This document shows, in pieces, positions 1-12,549 of a stretch of 64,000 nucleotides of DNA. The stretch is taken from positions 2,492,419 through 2,556,418 of the forward strand of contig MU058198.1 in assembly GCA_013265495.1 (NCBI GenBank), written 5' to 3'. Positions within the stretch are counted from its first letter, which is position 1. Each line of letters opens with the position of its first letter. The position numbers and the translations under genes are program-made. This DNA is from Vicugna vicugna (lineage: Eukaryota). The notes under the pieces are model-generated. The model made no database searches. It saw only the letters and a program-made list of their open reading frames with translations, and was not told the DNA's origin.

Positions 1-367
1 CTCTGATAACATGGAAATTCTGCTCAATTTTCAGGCCACCGCCATTGTCATTGCCATTCTTGCTACTGTCAGCCTCTATACCGGCATGTGCCACATGAGT
101 CGCTTAGAACCTAAAAGAAGCCTTGAGGAAAACCTTTTCTCAGAAAGTGACCAGGATCTCCCCTGGACCTCCGTTGTCTCACTGATGAGACAAATCTTAA
201 CCCAGAAAAACTTTTGCCTTTTTCTGATAATGAATTTCTTCCAAGTCTTCCTTTTAACCTTCTTCAATAACTTCATGATGATCTTTGCTGATAATCTCAT
301 TCCCAAGGATGTTCTTCCTTCTTCTGTAAGTAGCGTCATGTACGGGGCAGGCTTTATCTACCCACAG
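1..367 (+). CDS. MFSD13B: MFSD13B-like MFS transporter, internal coding exon (5' end probably outside the window)
   Basis: Open frame from base 2: SDNMEILLNFQATAIVIAILA...NFCLFLIMNFFQVFLLTFFNNFMMIFADNLIPKD...YGAGFIYPQ. It resembles MFSD13A/TMEM180 (recalled: [31 protein letters not shown]). Ends at donor CAG|GTACGT, phase 0. The symbol is inferred from paralogy plus adjacency to METTL9. Confidence 0.85.
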
Positions 368-1812
368 GTACGTGGTCATTCTTCATGTATCTTCCTTCAG
401 GGATACCTGTTTAACTCTTACCTGGCTGAGGAAATTAAAAACCTAACTATATCAGTAGTTTGAAAAAAAATGAGTCACAGTTGTTGAGAGACCCAGTGAT
501 TATACAAGAGCCCTAGGCATTATACAAGATTTAGTAGGAACATAATAGAAACGAGAGATGAAAGGAAAAAAAGCAAGGGGAACCCAACACAAACTGAGCA
601 TCGTGGTGTTTTAAACATTTTAGTTTTTGAATTTTGTTCTCTGAGCTGCCTCACTTACACCTACACAGAGCTATGGAAAAAAAGCAGATGGCTTCCTGTG
701 AGTGTGTCATTTCGCTTTATCCTGGCATTTAAGATTCCAGGGACTATTTCAAGGGAGGAGAGTTCCTTGATCCTGAATTCCTGAAGCCAGGTTTCAAAAC
801 ACTTGGCTAAAAGACTGAGTCCTGGAATTTCAGAGCGTCAGTAAAATTCCATGGTCATGACCATTAGTGCAGAGGGTATGTCCATCTTCAAGAAAAATAC
901 CAGCCTATTGTTTATTACACCATTTGGAGAGTTGACGAATCAAATTGCTCCCCTTAACCTAAATGCATCCTCCAAAAATATGACTTAACGTAGCCTACAA
1001 TACAGGCTTTTTCCTGTTTTTTACAATTAAAATCTGTTATCTGTGCTCCTCAGAGAATGAGTTATTCTAGATAAGTTTTTACTATTTACTAACTTTCAAA
1101 AATATTTAAACCAGGTTGGGTAGAAATAGTTCTAAAATGTATGTGTTGTCATACTTTCTTAAGCAAAGTATGCAGGATAGAATTTGCCTTTCTGCCATTA
1201 GCTCAAGGCCTTTATCATAGTTTGGTTACTGTATATACCCTAATAATGAGAACTCACATTTATTGAGTGCTTACCACATGCCAAGCGCCTTGTACACATT
1301 ATCACACGTAATTCTCACAATCACCTGCAAGAAAGACTCTTCCTACCCTTACAAGAGAGAAGAGGGAAGCTCAGAAGCCTTACAGTCTTGCGCTCTAGGA
1401 TCATCTCTAAAGGGTACTGTGTTCATGTGGTCTGTTTAGCAGAGTTTACCAAATAGAGTATCATTTTTGGCTTATCAGTATAATCCCAGGTACTGTGTGT
1501 GCATAAGAAAATGAGACTCTCCCTTCTGGGCAGTTTGCAGTTTTTCCAGTTGTTTGCTCCTGGGTTCAACGACCCAGAATGGGGAGCTGTTCTGAGTTCT
1601 TTTCTCTGCTTGTTATAATCAGATTCTAGGCTGTACATAAATTCCCAATTTTAATCACGTACTTGCCTATAGGATCTCCTCTTCTCTAGGTTAAAACAAG
1701 TTTGTTAAACACTTATGTAAAAAATTGTTTTAAAGGGCAGATAGATATTTTTAAACGGCTGGTATTTCATTGAGATATAACTCACATACCATACAATTAA
1801 TTTACCCATTTA

Positions 1813-1955
1813 TTTATTTATTTAAACTTTTTTGGCAGGAGTGGTGGTGGTAATTAATTACTTGCTTATTTTTAAAGGCGGTACTGGGGATTGAACGCAG
1901 GACCTTGTGCATACTAAGCATACACTCTACCATTTGAGCTATAGTCTCCACCCAC
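1813..1955 (-). mobile_element. tRNA-derived SINE (Vic-1-like) nested in an old L1 3' end
   Basis: GGTACTGGGGATTGAACGCAGGACCTTGTGCATACTAAGC...GAGCTATA. TSD TAATTTACCCATTTA (1798-1812) and TAATTCACCCATTTA (1956-1970). Confidence 0.85.
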
Positions 1956-2084
1956 TAATTCACCCATTTAAAATGTCCAGTTCAGTAGTTTTTAGCATAC
2001 TCACACATGTGCAACCATTACTGCAGTCAATTTTAGAACACTTCATCATCTCAAAAAAGTAAGAGTTGAAATAAAGACAGTTTT

Positions 2085-3020
2085 TTGGTTACAGTTTTAT
2101 TGAGATATGTTTGACTCTCAATAAACTATACATATTTGAACGGTATAACTTAGTACATTTTGACCTATGTATGCACCATGAAACCATCACCACAATCAAA
2201 ATGGCAGACATGCTCATCACTCCCCAAAGTGTCCATGTGCCTCTTCGTAATCCCTCTCTGAACCCTTCTTACCCTCTCTCGTCCCCAGGTCACCACCCAC
2301 CTGCTTTTAGTCACTATAGACTGGTTTGCATTGTCAAGATTTTTATGTAAATGGAATATTACAATACATACTATTTTTTGGTCCAGACTCTTCAGCCATG
2401 TTGTTGTGTATATCAGTATTTCATTCCTTTTTGTTGCCAAATAGTATTCCATTCGGTATATCAAATTTATTTACCTGTTCACTTTTTGATGGGGCTTTGG
2501 CTTGTTCCCAGTTTTTGGCTATTACAAATAAAACTGCTATGAACGTTTGTGTCTTTGTGGACGGATGCTTTCCTTTCCTTTGGGTAAACCCCTGGGAGTG
2601 GAATGGCTGGACCACATGGTAGGTGTATGTTTAACTTTTAAAGACACTGCCAAACTGTTCTCCAAAGTGGTTGTACCATTTTACATTCCTCCTGATCATG
2701 TGTAAGTTTTCCAGTTTTTCCACATTCTCATCAATACTTAGAGCAGACTTTTTAGTTTTGGCCATACTAATAGGTGTGTGGTAGTATCTTCTTATGGTTT
2801 TGATTTGCATTTTCCTCATGACTATTAATGATGTTGAGCATCTTTTCATTTGTTTACTTGCCATCCATTTTTTTTTTGGTGAATTATTTTTCAAATCTTT
2901 ATTTTTTTAAAGAGTTGTATATTACTGAATTGTAAGGGTTCTTTGTATATTTCATATATTACAGATTCTAGATATAAGTCCTTTGTTGAATATATGTTCA
3001 GCAATATTTTCTCCCAGGCT
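2085..3020 (-). mobile_element. Old LINE-1 (L1MB/MC-like) 3' fragment
   Basis: Minus-strand translations resemble the L1 ORF2 C-terminus (MKRCSTSLIVMRKMQIKTIRRYYHTP; FIAVLFVIAKNWEQ; MEYYLATKRNE), with frameshifts. Confidence 0.85.
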
Positions 3021-3479
3021 CTCTTGGCTATTAAATTTTAAGAGAAATATGACCAAAAGATTTCGACAGTCCTTTTACTCAAGCCTTCACACTAACATAT
3101 GAATTTCTGTTGATCTCTATAAAAAATCATTGTCAACTGGAAATCCAAAGTTGCTTTAAATTTATTCTTAATTTCTAGAGAAGTGACATATAAGTTATTG
3201 GGGTCAAAGAATGACAACTCATTGGAATTTGTTGTTATTTATTTATATAAATCTACCTGTTGGGTATGGTAATGATGGCTAAGCACTGTGTTTTTATTTT
3301 CTCAGGCTGTCTTCTCAGTGGCTTTCTTTTTGAGGAGTTGAATAAATGAAAGGAGAAAAGAATGAGCAAGTGCTCTTTCTCTCCAGTAACTGTTTTAATA
3401 GGTCTGTGACTCTTCCACATCCCACTCCCCTCAGAGAGGCACAGTAGTAAATGGGTGAGCAGCATGGAGGCTGCCGGGG

Positions 3480-3690
3480 AGGAGTCTGGCTTCCCACTTA
3501 TTAGCTGTGTGACCATGGGTAAGTTACCCAAGCTCTCTGTGTCTCAGTTTCCTCATCTGTAAAGTGAGAATAAAAATGGTATCTAAGTAATGGAATTATT
3601 ATGAGGATTAAATGAATTAAAACATACAAAGTACTTAAAAGGATTCCTGGCACAAAATAGACACTCTAGGAATGTTAGTTTTTATTATTA
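3480..3690 (+). mobile_element. MIR SINE
   Basis: Core CTGTGTGACCATGGGTAAGTTACCCAAGCTCTCTGTGTCTCAGTTTCCTCATCTGTAAAGTG. Other MIRs lie near 1240-1420, 10080-10228, 33770-33989, 42660-42870, 48100-48300 and 61070-61260. Confidence 0.75.
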
Positions 3691-5356
3691 AGGCTCAGTG
3701 CAGCAAATTTATTAGACTTCCACTGTAGATGCAGCACTGGCTTTATCTCTGTTTTGATTTAGGCTTCTTTGGCATGGGTTTGCCAACACGTGTGCCGAGA
3801 CACACTAGTCACAAACTCCTACTCAATGAACGTATGAATGGAGAGCCAAAACCCTCAGTTTATTGAAGGCTTTAATTTAGTGGAAGAAAAAGTAGTTGCT
3901 CTCTCTTTTTTGTTGTTGTTGAGTTACTCATCATCGGCTCATATCTTTTCACCGATTTGACGCGTTAATAATAACTAACAATTTTGAGTACCTTATACTG
4001 AGTGTGCCGCAGGTGGGAGAGACAGAGGGAGAGGCAGATGGAGGCACAGAGGGTGGGGTAGTGCTAGCTGGAGGAAATGCCTCTCAGGTACAGTAACTCA
4101 TCTGCGAATACACAGCTCAAAGTGGCAAAGCTGGAATTCAAACCTAGGGACATCTGATTTCAAAATTTTTCACTTTCCACTTAGCCACATATTTCTTCCA
4201 TGATTACCTTCTTGCAGTTTGCATAGTATTTATGTATTGGAGATTGAGAACAAGACGCTTCGTTTCAATATGTAGACCTGTGTAATTTTACAATATCATT
4301 ATTAAAATATAGAAATATAAGGGGACTCTCTGCGGTGTTTTCCGTACTTTATCTCACAGACCTCTAAGAAATGCCTTGGATCACATCAACCACTGAGCCA
4401 CTGTTTTTAGTTTTCAAAAGAAGTGCTCTTGTTCCTTGAAAGTAGAGAAGTAAACCAAAAAAATCACTCGGGGGAAAAAAACCTTTGTGTTTATTAAAGA
4501 ACATTTGAATCACACTTAACATCATACAAAATTGTCTTCTAATTGTAATGTATACACATTAAGTTAGTGAAACCGTTTCAGGGCTAAACAATGTACTTCT
4601 TAATTGAAAACAAAGCATATCTTTTCGTCTTTGTTAATATACATATATATATTTAGCCCCAAAGTTTCAGTCTAGAGCAATGAACTTTTTAATTGGTAGC
4701 AAGAAATGCAGGAAAAAAAATGTGACTCTGAGCTTTCAACATGAATCTATTAGAATTATGAAAATATATAAGATTAGGCAGGAAACAACCAGAAGAAATG
4801 TGGAATCACAAACTATTATTTATCTGTGGTTCTTAGTTTTATTATTATAATACATTTCAGACATATTACTATAAGAAGAATAGTGAACTATTTATTCATC
4901 TATTCAGTAAATATTTGTTTCAACTCCTATTTCAACTCCTATGTGTTAGGTGAATTCTGGGCTCTAATCCTAAATTTTAAAATCTGGATTTATTTTAGAT
5001 TTGAGTTGGCTTTTTCACATTACAGTTCAGCAATGCTGATTTTTTCAAAGTGATGTTTTGTTCATGTTTGTGTGAAGATAAAAATGTAGGAAACCATGTC
5101 CCAGTTTGTTCATTTTGCAGGAAGTAATTGCTGTTACTTTGTTATTTATAAAATATTACTGTCCTCAGTCAATTTTTATGGATATAAACAGATTGTAACA
5201 TTTCTAATCATGATAGATAATATTAGTCGTGTGTTTCAACTGGTATTATAATTCAGCAGCAAATGTTTGCTGAGAATGTTTATTTCGTTGTCAGCAAGAT
5301 CAAGCATGATTCCGGGGGTTCCATCTTAACACGATGCCAATCTGTTTCCATTTCAG

Positions 5357-5511
5357 TGCCTTGTACTTATCAGCCAGTCCTGGCTGAAGAAGTTTGGTTA
5401 CTATAAAATTATCTTATTTTCATTCTACCTAGAAGGAACAGCCTACATTGTCATGTTACTTCTTGGACAGCAGTGCTATTACTTTTTGGCTCTTTATCTG
5501 ACTATCATCAT
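5357..5511 (+). CDS. MFSD13B: MFSD13B-like coding exon (155 nt)
   Basis: Acceptor TTTCCATTTCAG| and donor AT|GTAAGT. Translates CLVLISQSWLKKFGYYKIILFSFYLEGTAYIVMLLLGQQCYYFLALYLTII; hydrophobic helices with an MFS-like KKFG loop. Phase 0 to 2. Not in the ORF track. Confidence 0.88.
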
Positions 5512-5789
5512 GTAAGTAAATGTCAATGCCAATTCCCAAATTATAGGAGGTCTTGCCTATTCCTTTCAAGCAGTGAAAGATCTCTGATCTAAAATGTGTT
5601 TAATATTCATTTCTAGGAAGAGTCATTATGACTTTATGTCAAATTGAATGTTAACTGCTTCTTTTTTGAAGAGATTACAATATGCTAAATTTTGTGGTAA
5701 AATTTAAGTTCCTTTTTCTAACCTGTTACAGTGCATCATTTAGTAAATGCTGCTGCCAAATAAGAATCTTGCTCCCAAAACATGGTCTT

Positions 5790-6612
5790 TGCCTTTGTTT
5801 GCCATCAATGTCTCTACCATCTATCTAGTTGCCCAAGTCAGAGACTGTGAAGTTGTGTTTGCCTTCTCTTTCTTGTCTCTTGCATCCAGTAATTATTAGC
5901 AGCTTTAGCTCCCTAATATGTCCTGAATCCACCCGTTCTCTGTCCCCGTTGCCATTCCTCTAGCTCAGGTCCTCATCAGCTCTTACGTGGATTTCCATAT
6001 AGCCTCCCATGTGGTCTCCTTGCCTCTAGTCCCCAGTCCCTCCAACTCCTTCTTCCATATTGCTTCTGGAATAACATGTTATTTCTTTGCTTAACAATCC
6101 TAAGTGTCTTCTCATTGCTTTCAGGATATAATCCAAATGATGACATGTGAGATCCTTTGTTATCAGGCCCTGTTTACCTCCTCATCTTTATTTCTTGTTA
6201 CTCTTCCACTTAGAATGAACTCTCTGCCAGAGAGAAACACTCTGCAGTGCCGGATTCAAACACCTCCGTGCCCTAATGTGCAGCACACTGTGCCTGGAAA
6301 GCTCTTCACCATTTCTTATGTGACTCTCTCCTAAGTGTTCCATTAGGTGGCAGCTCATTGAATGATGTGCTTTCCGGAAAGCCTTCCTTGATTTCCTCAC
6401 CTGGAATATGTGTTCCTCCTACATGACTGAAATGGCCTACACTTATTTCTGTGTAGCATTTGTCCTCCTGCCTGTGACTGTCTGTGGCCCCCACTGGACT
6501 AAGCTGGTTACGAACAGGGTCCAGTTTCTTATTACTGTGGCCCCATCATCTTATACAGTTCCTGTAAATATTTGGTCCTTAGAAAATGTACATTGGGTGA
6601 ATGAATGAATAA
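5790..6612. mobile_element. LINE-2 remnant
   Basis: Decayed L2 3' text ending in GGGTGAATGAATGAATAAA. Other L2-like remnants lie near 11670-12480, 14270-15190 and 22400-22760. Confidence 0.55.
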
Positions 6613-7798
6613 ATCCTACACCAGGTCCCTGCTGGAACAATTTGAGAAAACTTCCAGGAAGACTTAATTGCATTTTGAATAAACTGGTAGTGAAGGGTAT
6701 AGTAATTAACCCAAAGTATTGAAACTTCAAGATATTAGAACCCCATATAGATGATTCTTCTGTCTGCCTATAATTGTGACCCTTGGCTATATCATATTTA
6801 AAATGACATTTTTATAGTGATTTTTAGAGTGAAAAATTTTTGTTTGCTTTTTTTTTTGCTTAAATCACTCCCATTTTCATTCTCTTATAAATTAAAATGT
6901 TATATGACCTTTTACAGTTTTTTTTTGTTACAGTTCTTAATTTATCCTATCTTGATATTAAGAGACTTACGCATTGGATGTGATGTTGGGCTAGAAGACT
7001 TCTAAATGCCCTTCCAGTTAAAATATATTAGAATTTATATTGTTAAATACTACATATATGATATTTTACTTAGCTTATTTTTTTTTTGCATCGGATAAAG
7101 ATTGTACAAAAGAACTATAAGAAGATAATATACCTTTCATTAGCTTATGATAAAGAATTAGCAAATATAAGTAGTGGATTATAAATTTAAACTGAAAAGA
7201 AGTTTCAAAATCTGCTATTCTTGGCTTCTCTTACCAAAGATAATTTTTAAAAATTTTATATATTTATATATTTATGTGAATGAGGGAGAATGGATTCTCC
7301 TTTCTTCTGTTTGATTGTGCTTTTTACAAAATACTGATTCTATTTAAAATATATACCAAAATCCCATGTCATTATTATCCTGCTCATAAAACTAGAAAGT
7401 TCATTTTAATTAAGACAATGATCAAGTATAAAAAAAAAAAATGGAGAGAAAAATGTCTGATGAATTTCCCTGGCATGTTTTGTTCTTTAGAATCTATCCA
7501 TAATTTAAGCAGATTTAATGAGCAGGTAGTCATTGGGGAGTGAGGAAAAAGCATAAAAAACATTTTTAAAATGTAGTTATTTTATTTTTAAAAGAAAATT
7601 ATATATTTATAGCTATATAATAAATATTTGGGGAGGATAGAAATGTGTGCCTAATGTATCTTTACTTTTATAGTATATTATTTCACTTTTCCTTCTTTCA
7701 AACCAAATGTCAACTTTTATTTGATGTTTGTTTTTTAAACAAAATCTGTGCCTCCTAGTTATAGAATTTTCATATGTGTATTTCAAAATTGTTTCTAG

Positions 7799-7882
7799 GA
7801 TGATCGTGCAAGCTTCTTTTTGCTTATTTAACCTGCCACTAGCTGACATGGTTGATGCAGATTTACTGAAGTTCAATCGGCA
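7799..7882 (+). CDS. MFSD13B: MFSD13B-like coding exon (84 nt)
   Basis: Acceptor GTTTCTAG| and donor CA|GTAAGT. Translates (M)MIVQASFCLFNLPLADMVDADLLKFNR(Q), resembling the recalled TMEM180 segment DLVDEDLVLNHR. Phase 2 to 2. Confidence 0.88.
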
Positions 7883-8999
7883 GTAAGTATATTTTTTCAA
7901 AAATTAGCTTTAAGAAATATCACGTGGAGGCGAGACTTACCAGAGTCTCCATATTTCAGTTATATTGCTGCTACGAATCACACAACTGAGAGGCGACCAC
8001 TAGGGGCCTCACTGGGAATCAGCAAGCCGAACATAATAGGATATTCATAACTGTTTGCCCAGGGCAACTGTTCCCTGCTTCTGAAAGACATCATGATTTT
8101 TTATTCCTCAGCCTCACACAGCCAATGCTACAATAAGGTTAAATCTCAGAAACCAATATGAAATCTCAGGTAGCTTAATGTTTTACATACTGCAATGTGC
8201 ATTATTGCACTGGATGATAAGGCAAAATGACCTTTACTCTATGACATCACGAAAAATAAAAATAAAAATCAAGGACTATCTTATCTTATTTTTACTCAAA
8301 AAAGAATATGGTGAGAGGTTTTGTTCTTCCATGTGGTTATTAAGAGCATTTTAGATCAGCTGTAAAATTGACTTGATTGGCAAATATTTTCTAATACATG
8401 CCCTGTTTTATGGATTAGAGAGGAATGTGTTATTTTGAGACAAGTACATTCTTTATTAGCTCTGTAGAAACATTTAGACTGCACAGCCTCTTTTTTTTTT
8501 TCAAGGGAACTTAAATTGAAGGAATCTTTGCCAATCCAGCTCAGTGATTTCTTCTTTATATAATTCCTTTCCTGTTTCAGACTTCTGTTGCTAAGTCAGG
8601 TTTGGAATGATGAGCAGGATGGTGAGCTCTTTATGGTTTGGGACCATGTCCTTAGTGCCTAGGAAAATAACCTGGCTCAAATCACTTTTTAAAAAATGAA
8701 TAAATTAACAAGAAGAAACGTCAGTAAACATCTCATAACTCTCACATTCTTTTTGAATGAGACTGGGTACAAATGAATAAAATGTCTCAAAACAGTTGGC
8801 AAGCAAAGGGCAGCGACCTTTACCAAATGCCAATGTGTGCAAGCACTTACGGCTTTGGCTCATTCAAGTCTCACAGCAGCCTTGTGTGGTAGACATTATT
8901 GGCTCAACCAATATTTATTAATTACCTCTTATGTGTCAGGCTCCGTGGTAAGCGCTGGGGGTACCATATGACAGGTCTTGTGACAGATCCCTTCTAAAA

Positions 9000-9600
9000 T
9001 GTAGTCTTATGCACCTGCTGTATGCTTCTGACCAAATGACTACTCTTGAAGACTCATGTGCTTTTCTGCTCCCATAAGTTGTATCCTTACCAAGAGTCAG
9101 TACTTTTTGTTTCAAATCAGTTAATGTCCAATGCAATTGCTGTTATAATTACATTTCATTACACTTATGGTTTATACATTTAAGAAATAAAAGTGTGAAA
9201 TGAAAGTTATTTCTATGAAAACTAAGTTGGATGCTTTAGAAAGAATTGAAAAAGATTAAGTGTAAAAAAATTTACCATCAAATCTGATTTGATGAGAACT
9301 GTAAATGTTTGGGGAGAAAAATCATAAAAATCTAAAGACATTCTGTACTCAGATTGCCTTGTATACAGCTTTAGATGCTCTCTGTAACTGACAGTAGAAA
9401 CTGCAGATCGTGTAATAAGGAAACGGTACATGCCGGAAAGATGGCCCAGCAGTTTCATCAGTGGACCTGTCCTCAAAGAAAATACCCAAAGAAAAGATTG
9501 ATGAATGTATTGCTAAGTTAAAACAGAATGGTTAATGCCTCTTCTTCTGAAAAGGACTTTTTTGCTTTAGCTGTCGTCCTGGTCATGTCAGATCAGAACT
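9000..9600 (+). mobile_element. Degenerate Tigger/pogo-like DNA transposon remnant
   Basis: Residual frame near 9200 reads MKVISMKTKLDALERIEKD, resembling the N-terminal helix-turn-helix of pogo/Tigger transposases; stop codons follow. Confidence 0.45.
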
Positions 9601-10228
9601 TAATACAGGGGGCCAAAACTGAGGTGGCCCTTGCCCTTGTAGCACTGATAGTCTAGTAGGGGAAACAGAAAGAAGTTGTATTATTATATTATTGTGCAAT
9701 CATAATTATCCCCACTTTCAAGAAACTAAGACTCTTGAGGGGAGAATTTCCCAAGGTAAGAGAAATAACAGGTTACAGAACTGGGAATGAAACTCAAGCT
9801 TTTACCATCAAATTAAACTTCTTCAAGTCTCTGAACTCCCCTTTCCTTTCATTTCCTTTCCTTTTTCTTCCCTTTCTTCACCTCCCTTTATTCTTCTCCT
9901 CTTCCTTTGCCTTAGTTGCAAACTTTCCATTATTAGCTGAGATATGACAAAATTTCAATTTATTCAGTCAATGCACTTGATTTATTTTTATATGACATAA
10001 CTTAATTATCAAAAAATGATCTGTCAGGATTCTTACTGAGAACACATTAAAGTAATCCTTTACAAAATCTGGACGATTTAGGTATGAAAGACTTAGGTAT
10101 GAATCCCAGTTTTACTAGTTGCTAGCTGGGTGACTGTGAACAAGTTAATCTGTCCTCCCATCCCTAAAATAGGAGTGCAAATATCTCCCTCATGGGATTG
10201 TTGTGGAGCTTAAATGAAATAATACATG

Positions 10229-10836
10229 TAGATATTATGGGTTTGGTTCCAGATCCCACTGGAATAAAGCAAATATCACAATAAAGTGAGTTACACAATT
10301 TCTTGGTTTTTCCAGTGCACATAAAAGTATTTTTATATTATGCTGTAGTCCATTAAGTGTACAGTAGCATTATGTCAAAAAAAAGTACCCACCTTAATTT
10401 AAAAACACTTTATTACTAAAAAATGGTATGTCCAAACAACTATTACAGTAACATCAAAGATCATTGATCACACATCACCATAACAAATATAATAATAATG
10501 ATCAAGTTTGAAATATTGGGAGAATTACCAAAATGTGACACAGAGACACAAAATGAGCAAATTCTTTTGGAAAAACGATGCAGGTTTGTGGCAGCTTTGT
10601 GTTGTCAGATGATGGTTAGTATTTTTTAGCAATGAAGTTTTTTTTGAAATTAAAGTATGTACAGATTTTTTAGACACAATGTATTGCACACTTAATAGAC
10701 TGTACTCTATTGTGTGAATGTAATTTTTGTATGCACAAGGAAACAAAAAAACATTCCTGTGGCTAGCTTTATCACAATATTTGCTTTATTGAAGTGGTCT
10801 GGAGCTAAACCCACAATGTCTCTGAGGTACGCCTGT
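10229..10836. mobile_element. Tigger1-derived non-autonomous element with about 200-bp inverted arms
   Basis: Left arm GATATTATGGGTTTGGTTCCAGA...AATAAAGCAAATATCACAATAAAG is the reverse complement of the right arm ...CTTTATCACAATATTTGCTTTATTGAAGTGGTCTGGAGCTAAACCCACAATGTCTCTGAGGTACGCCTG, which is followed by TA. Both arms resemble the same Tigger1 terminus. Confidence 0.8.
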
Positions 10837-10995
10837 ACAATTTCTACTGTAGTCTATTTGGGCTTAAGGAGGACTTAATAGACAAAAGGACCTTGATACA
10901 GATGGACATATACATATATATGTATATACGCAGACATATATGCACACGTGGAATTTGTACGTGATGTCGATCCATGCTACTTTTTTCTGTTCCAG

Positions 10996-11118
10996 GTCAC
11001 CCGTTTCCTCAATGATTTTTGGCATCAATGCTTTGTTTACCAAACCTGCTCAGTCTATAGCTCCCGTGGTGATACTCTCTAGACTAAACCAGTATGGATA
11101 TGGAAACCCAAACAAAAG
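10996..11118 (+). CDS. MFSD13B: MFSD13B-like coding exon (123 nt)
   Basis: Acceptor TTTTTTCTGTTCCAG| and donor AG|GTAGCT. Translates SPVSSMIFGINALFTKPAQSIAPVVILSRLNQYGYGNPNK, resembling the recalled TMEM180 segment [20 protein letters not shown]. Phase 2 to 2. Confidence 0.88.
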
Positions 11119-11399
11119 GTAGCTTTAAAGAAAACCCAAAACCTTTGAAATACTGTAATAGAAATATGAAAGCAGACTCGGCCTTTTACATTGATTAGTA
11201 AGTAGGCAGTTATCTTAGACTTTGAACATGATTAGTCATTGACTTATAGATCTTGAATAAATTACAATAAAAAGTATTATGTCAAAGGAACTTCAATAGG
11301 AATATCTTTAAGGGTCTTTAAATTCTGTATGCTACAAAAGTCTATAGAAGTCACACTAAGCTACATATGGATTGCTTTATCTAAGTTATTCATTCATTT

Positions 11400-11660
11400 A
11401 TTATTTTTGGAGGGGAAGTAATTAGGTTCATTTATTTGTTTATTTTGGGGGGGTAATTAGGTTTATTTATTTATTTTACTTTAATGGAGGTACTGGGGAT
11501 TGAACCCATGACCTCATGCATGCTCAGCACATACTCCACCACTGAGCTATGCCCTCCTCTCTGTTTATTTGGTTTTTATAACGGAGGTACTGGGTATTGA
11601 ACCCAAGACCTTGCGCATGCTAAGCGTGTACTCTACCACTGAGTCGCACCTTCCCTCCTC
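11400..11660 (-). mobile_element. Two tandem tRNA-derived SINE copies
   Basis: Two GGAGGTACTGGG.ATTGAACCC...CACTGAG units (near 11486 and 11583); the first has a duplicated GTAATTAGGTT tail. Confidence 0.85.
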
Positions 11661-12549
11661 CATTTATTATTACATTCCACAGATGTTTCTGAGGGCCTGC
11701 TGTTATCTGCCAGGTTCAAAGGTGCTGGGGATACAAGATGAACAAGGAGCCTCAGGGAGCCCCATCGATTGTAAAACACTGCGATAAGGCCCCACCGGCC
11801 CTTGGTGATGCATGGGGCACTGTGGTAATACAGAGAAAAGAGTCTCCCCTCGGTCTGCCTAGAGTCAGGGAGTGCTTCACAAAAGAGGGGGTTCTTGAGC
11901 TGAGTTTCGGAGGCTGAGTTGGAGTTCCCCTCCTGAATGCAGAGGCAGGTCATTCCTGGCAGAGGAAACAGCCAGACCAATGTCTGGAACCACGAGAGAA
12001 CTCTCAGTAAGCTCTTCATTTATTCACTCGACAAACATGGTTGAGAGTCTACCACATCCGGGGCTCCGTGATGAGGGCAATGAACAAAACAACAGAAACC
12101 TCTGCCCTCACAGAGCTTACACTCTAGTGGGAGGGAGGCAGGCAAGGAGTCAACTAAGTAAAATACACGGTGTTAGTTGGTGAGAAGACCTTCCATGAAA
12201 AATAAAACAAGGAGCACAGGAAGTCCTGGGGAAAGCTGGATTTTTAAATAGGGTGATGGGGAGGCCTTACTGCCAAATGACTCACATTTGAATAAAGATG
12301 AACCAAGATGGGCGGGGACCAGGGCGGCCCCCCAGGGGAAGAGTGTTCCTGGCAGAAAGCACAGCGAGTGCACTGAGGTGCAGCGTGCCTGGCGCTGGGT
12401 CTGACAAGGAGGCTGCCAGAGTGGCTGGAGCAGTGTTAGCAGGAGGGGGCCAGACCCCATCAGTCCTTGCAGCCCTCCTTTGTTACTTCGGTTTCACTGG
12501 GAGGTAAGTGGTGATGGTGAGGCAGTGGAGGATTTACTCATTTACTTGT

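Noticed and set aside
11..463. Single-exon 150-aa protein as listed in the ORF track
   Set aside because: Homology ends at the splice donor at 368, the rest is intron read-through, and the frame is open upstream of the ATG.
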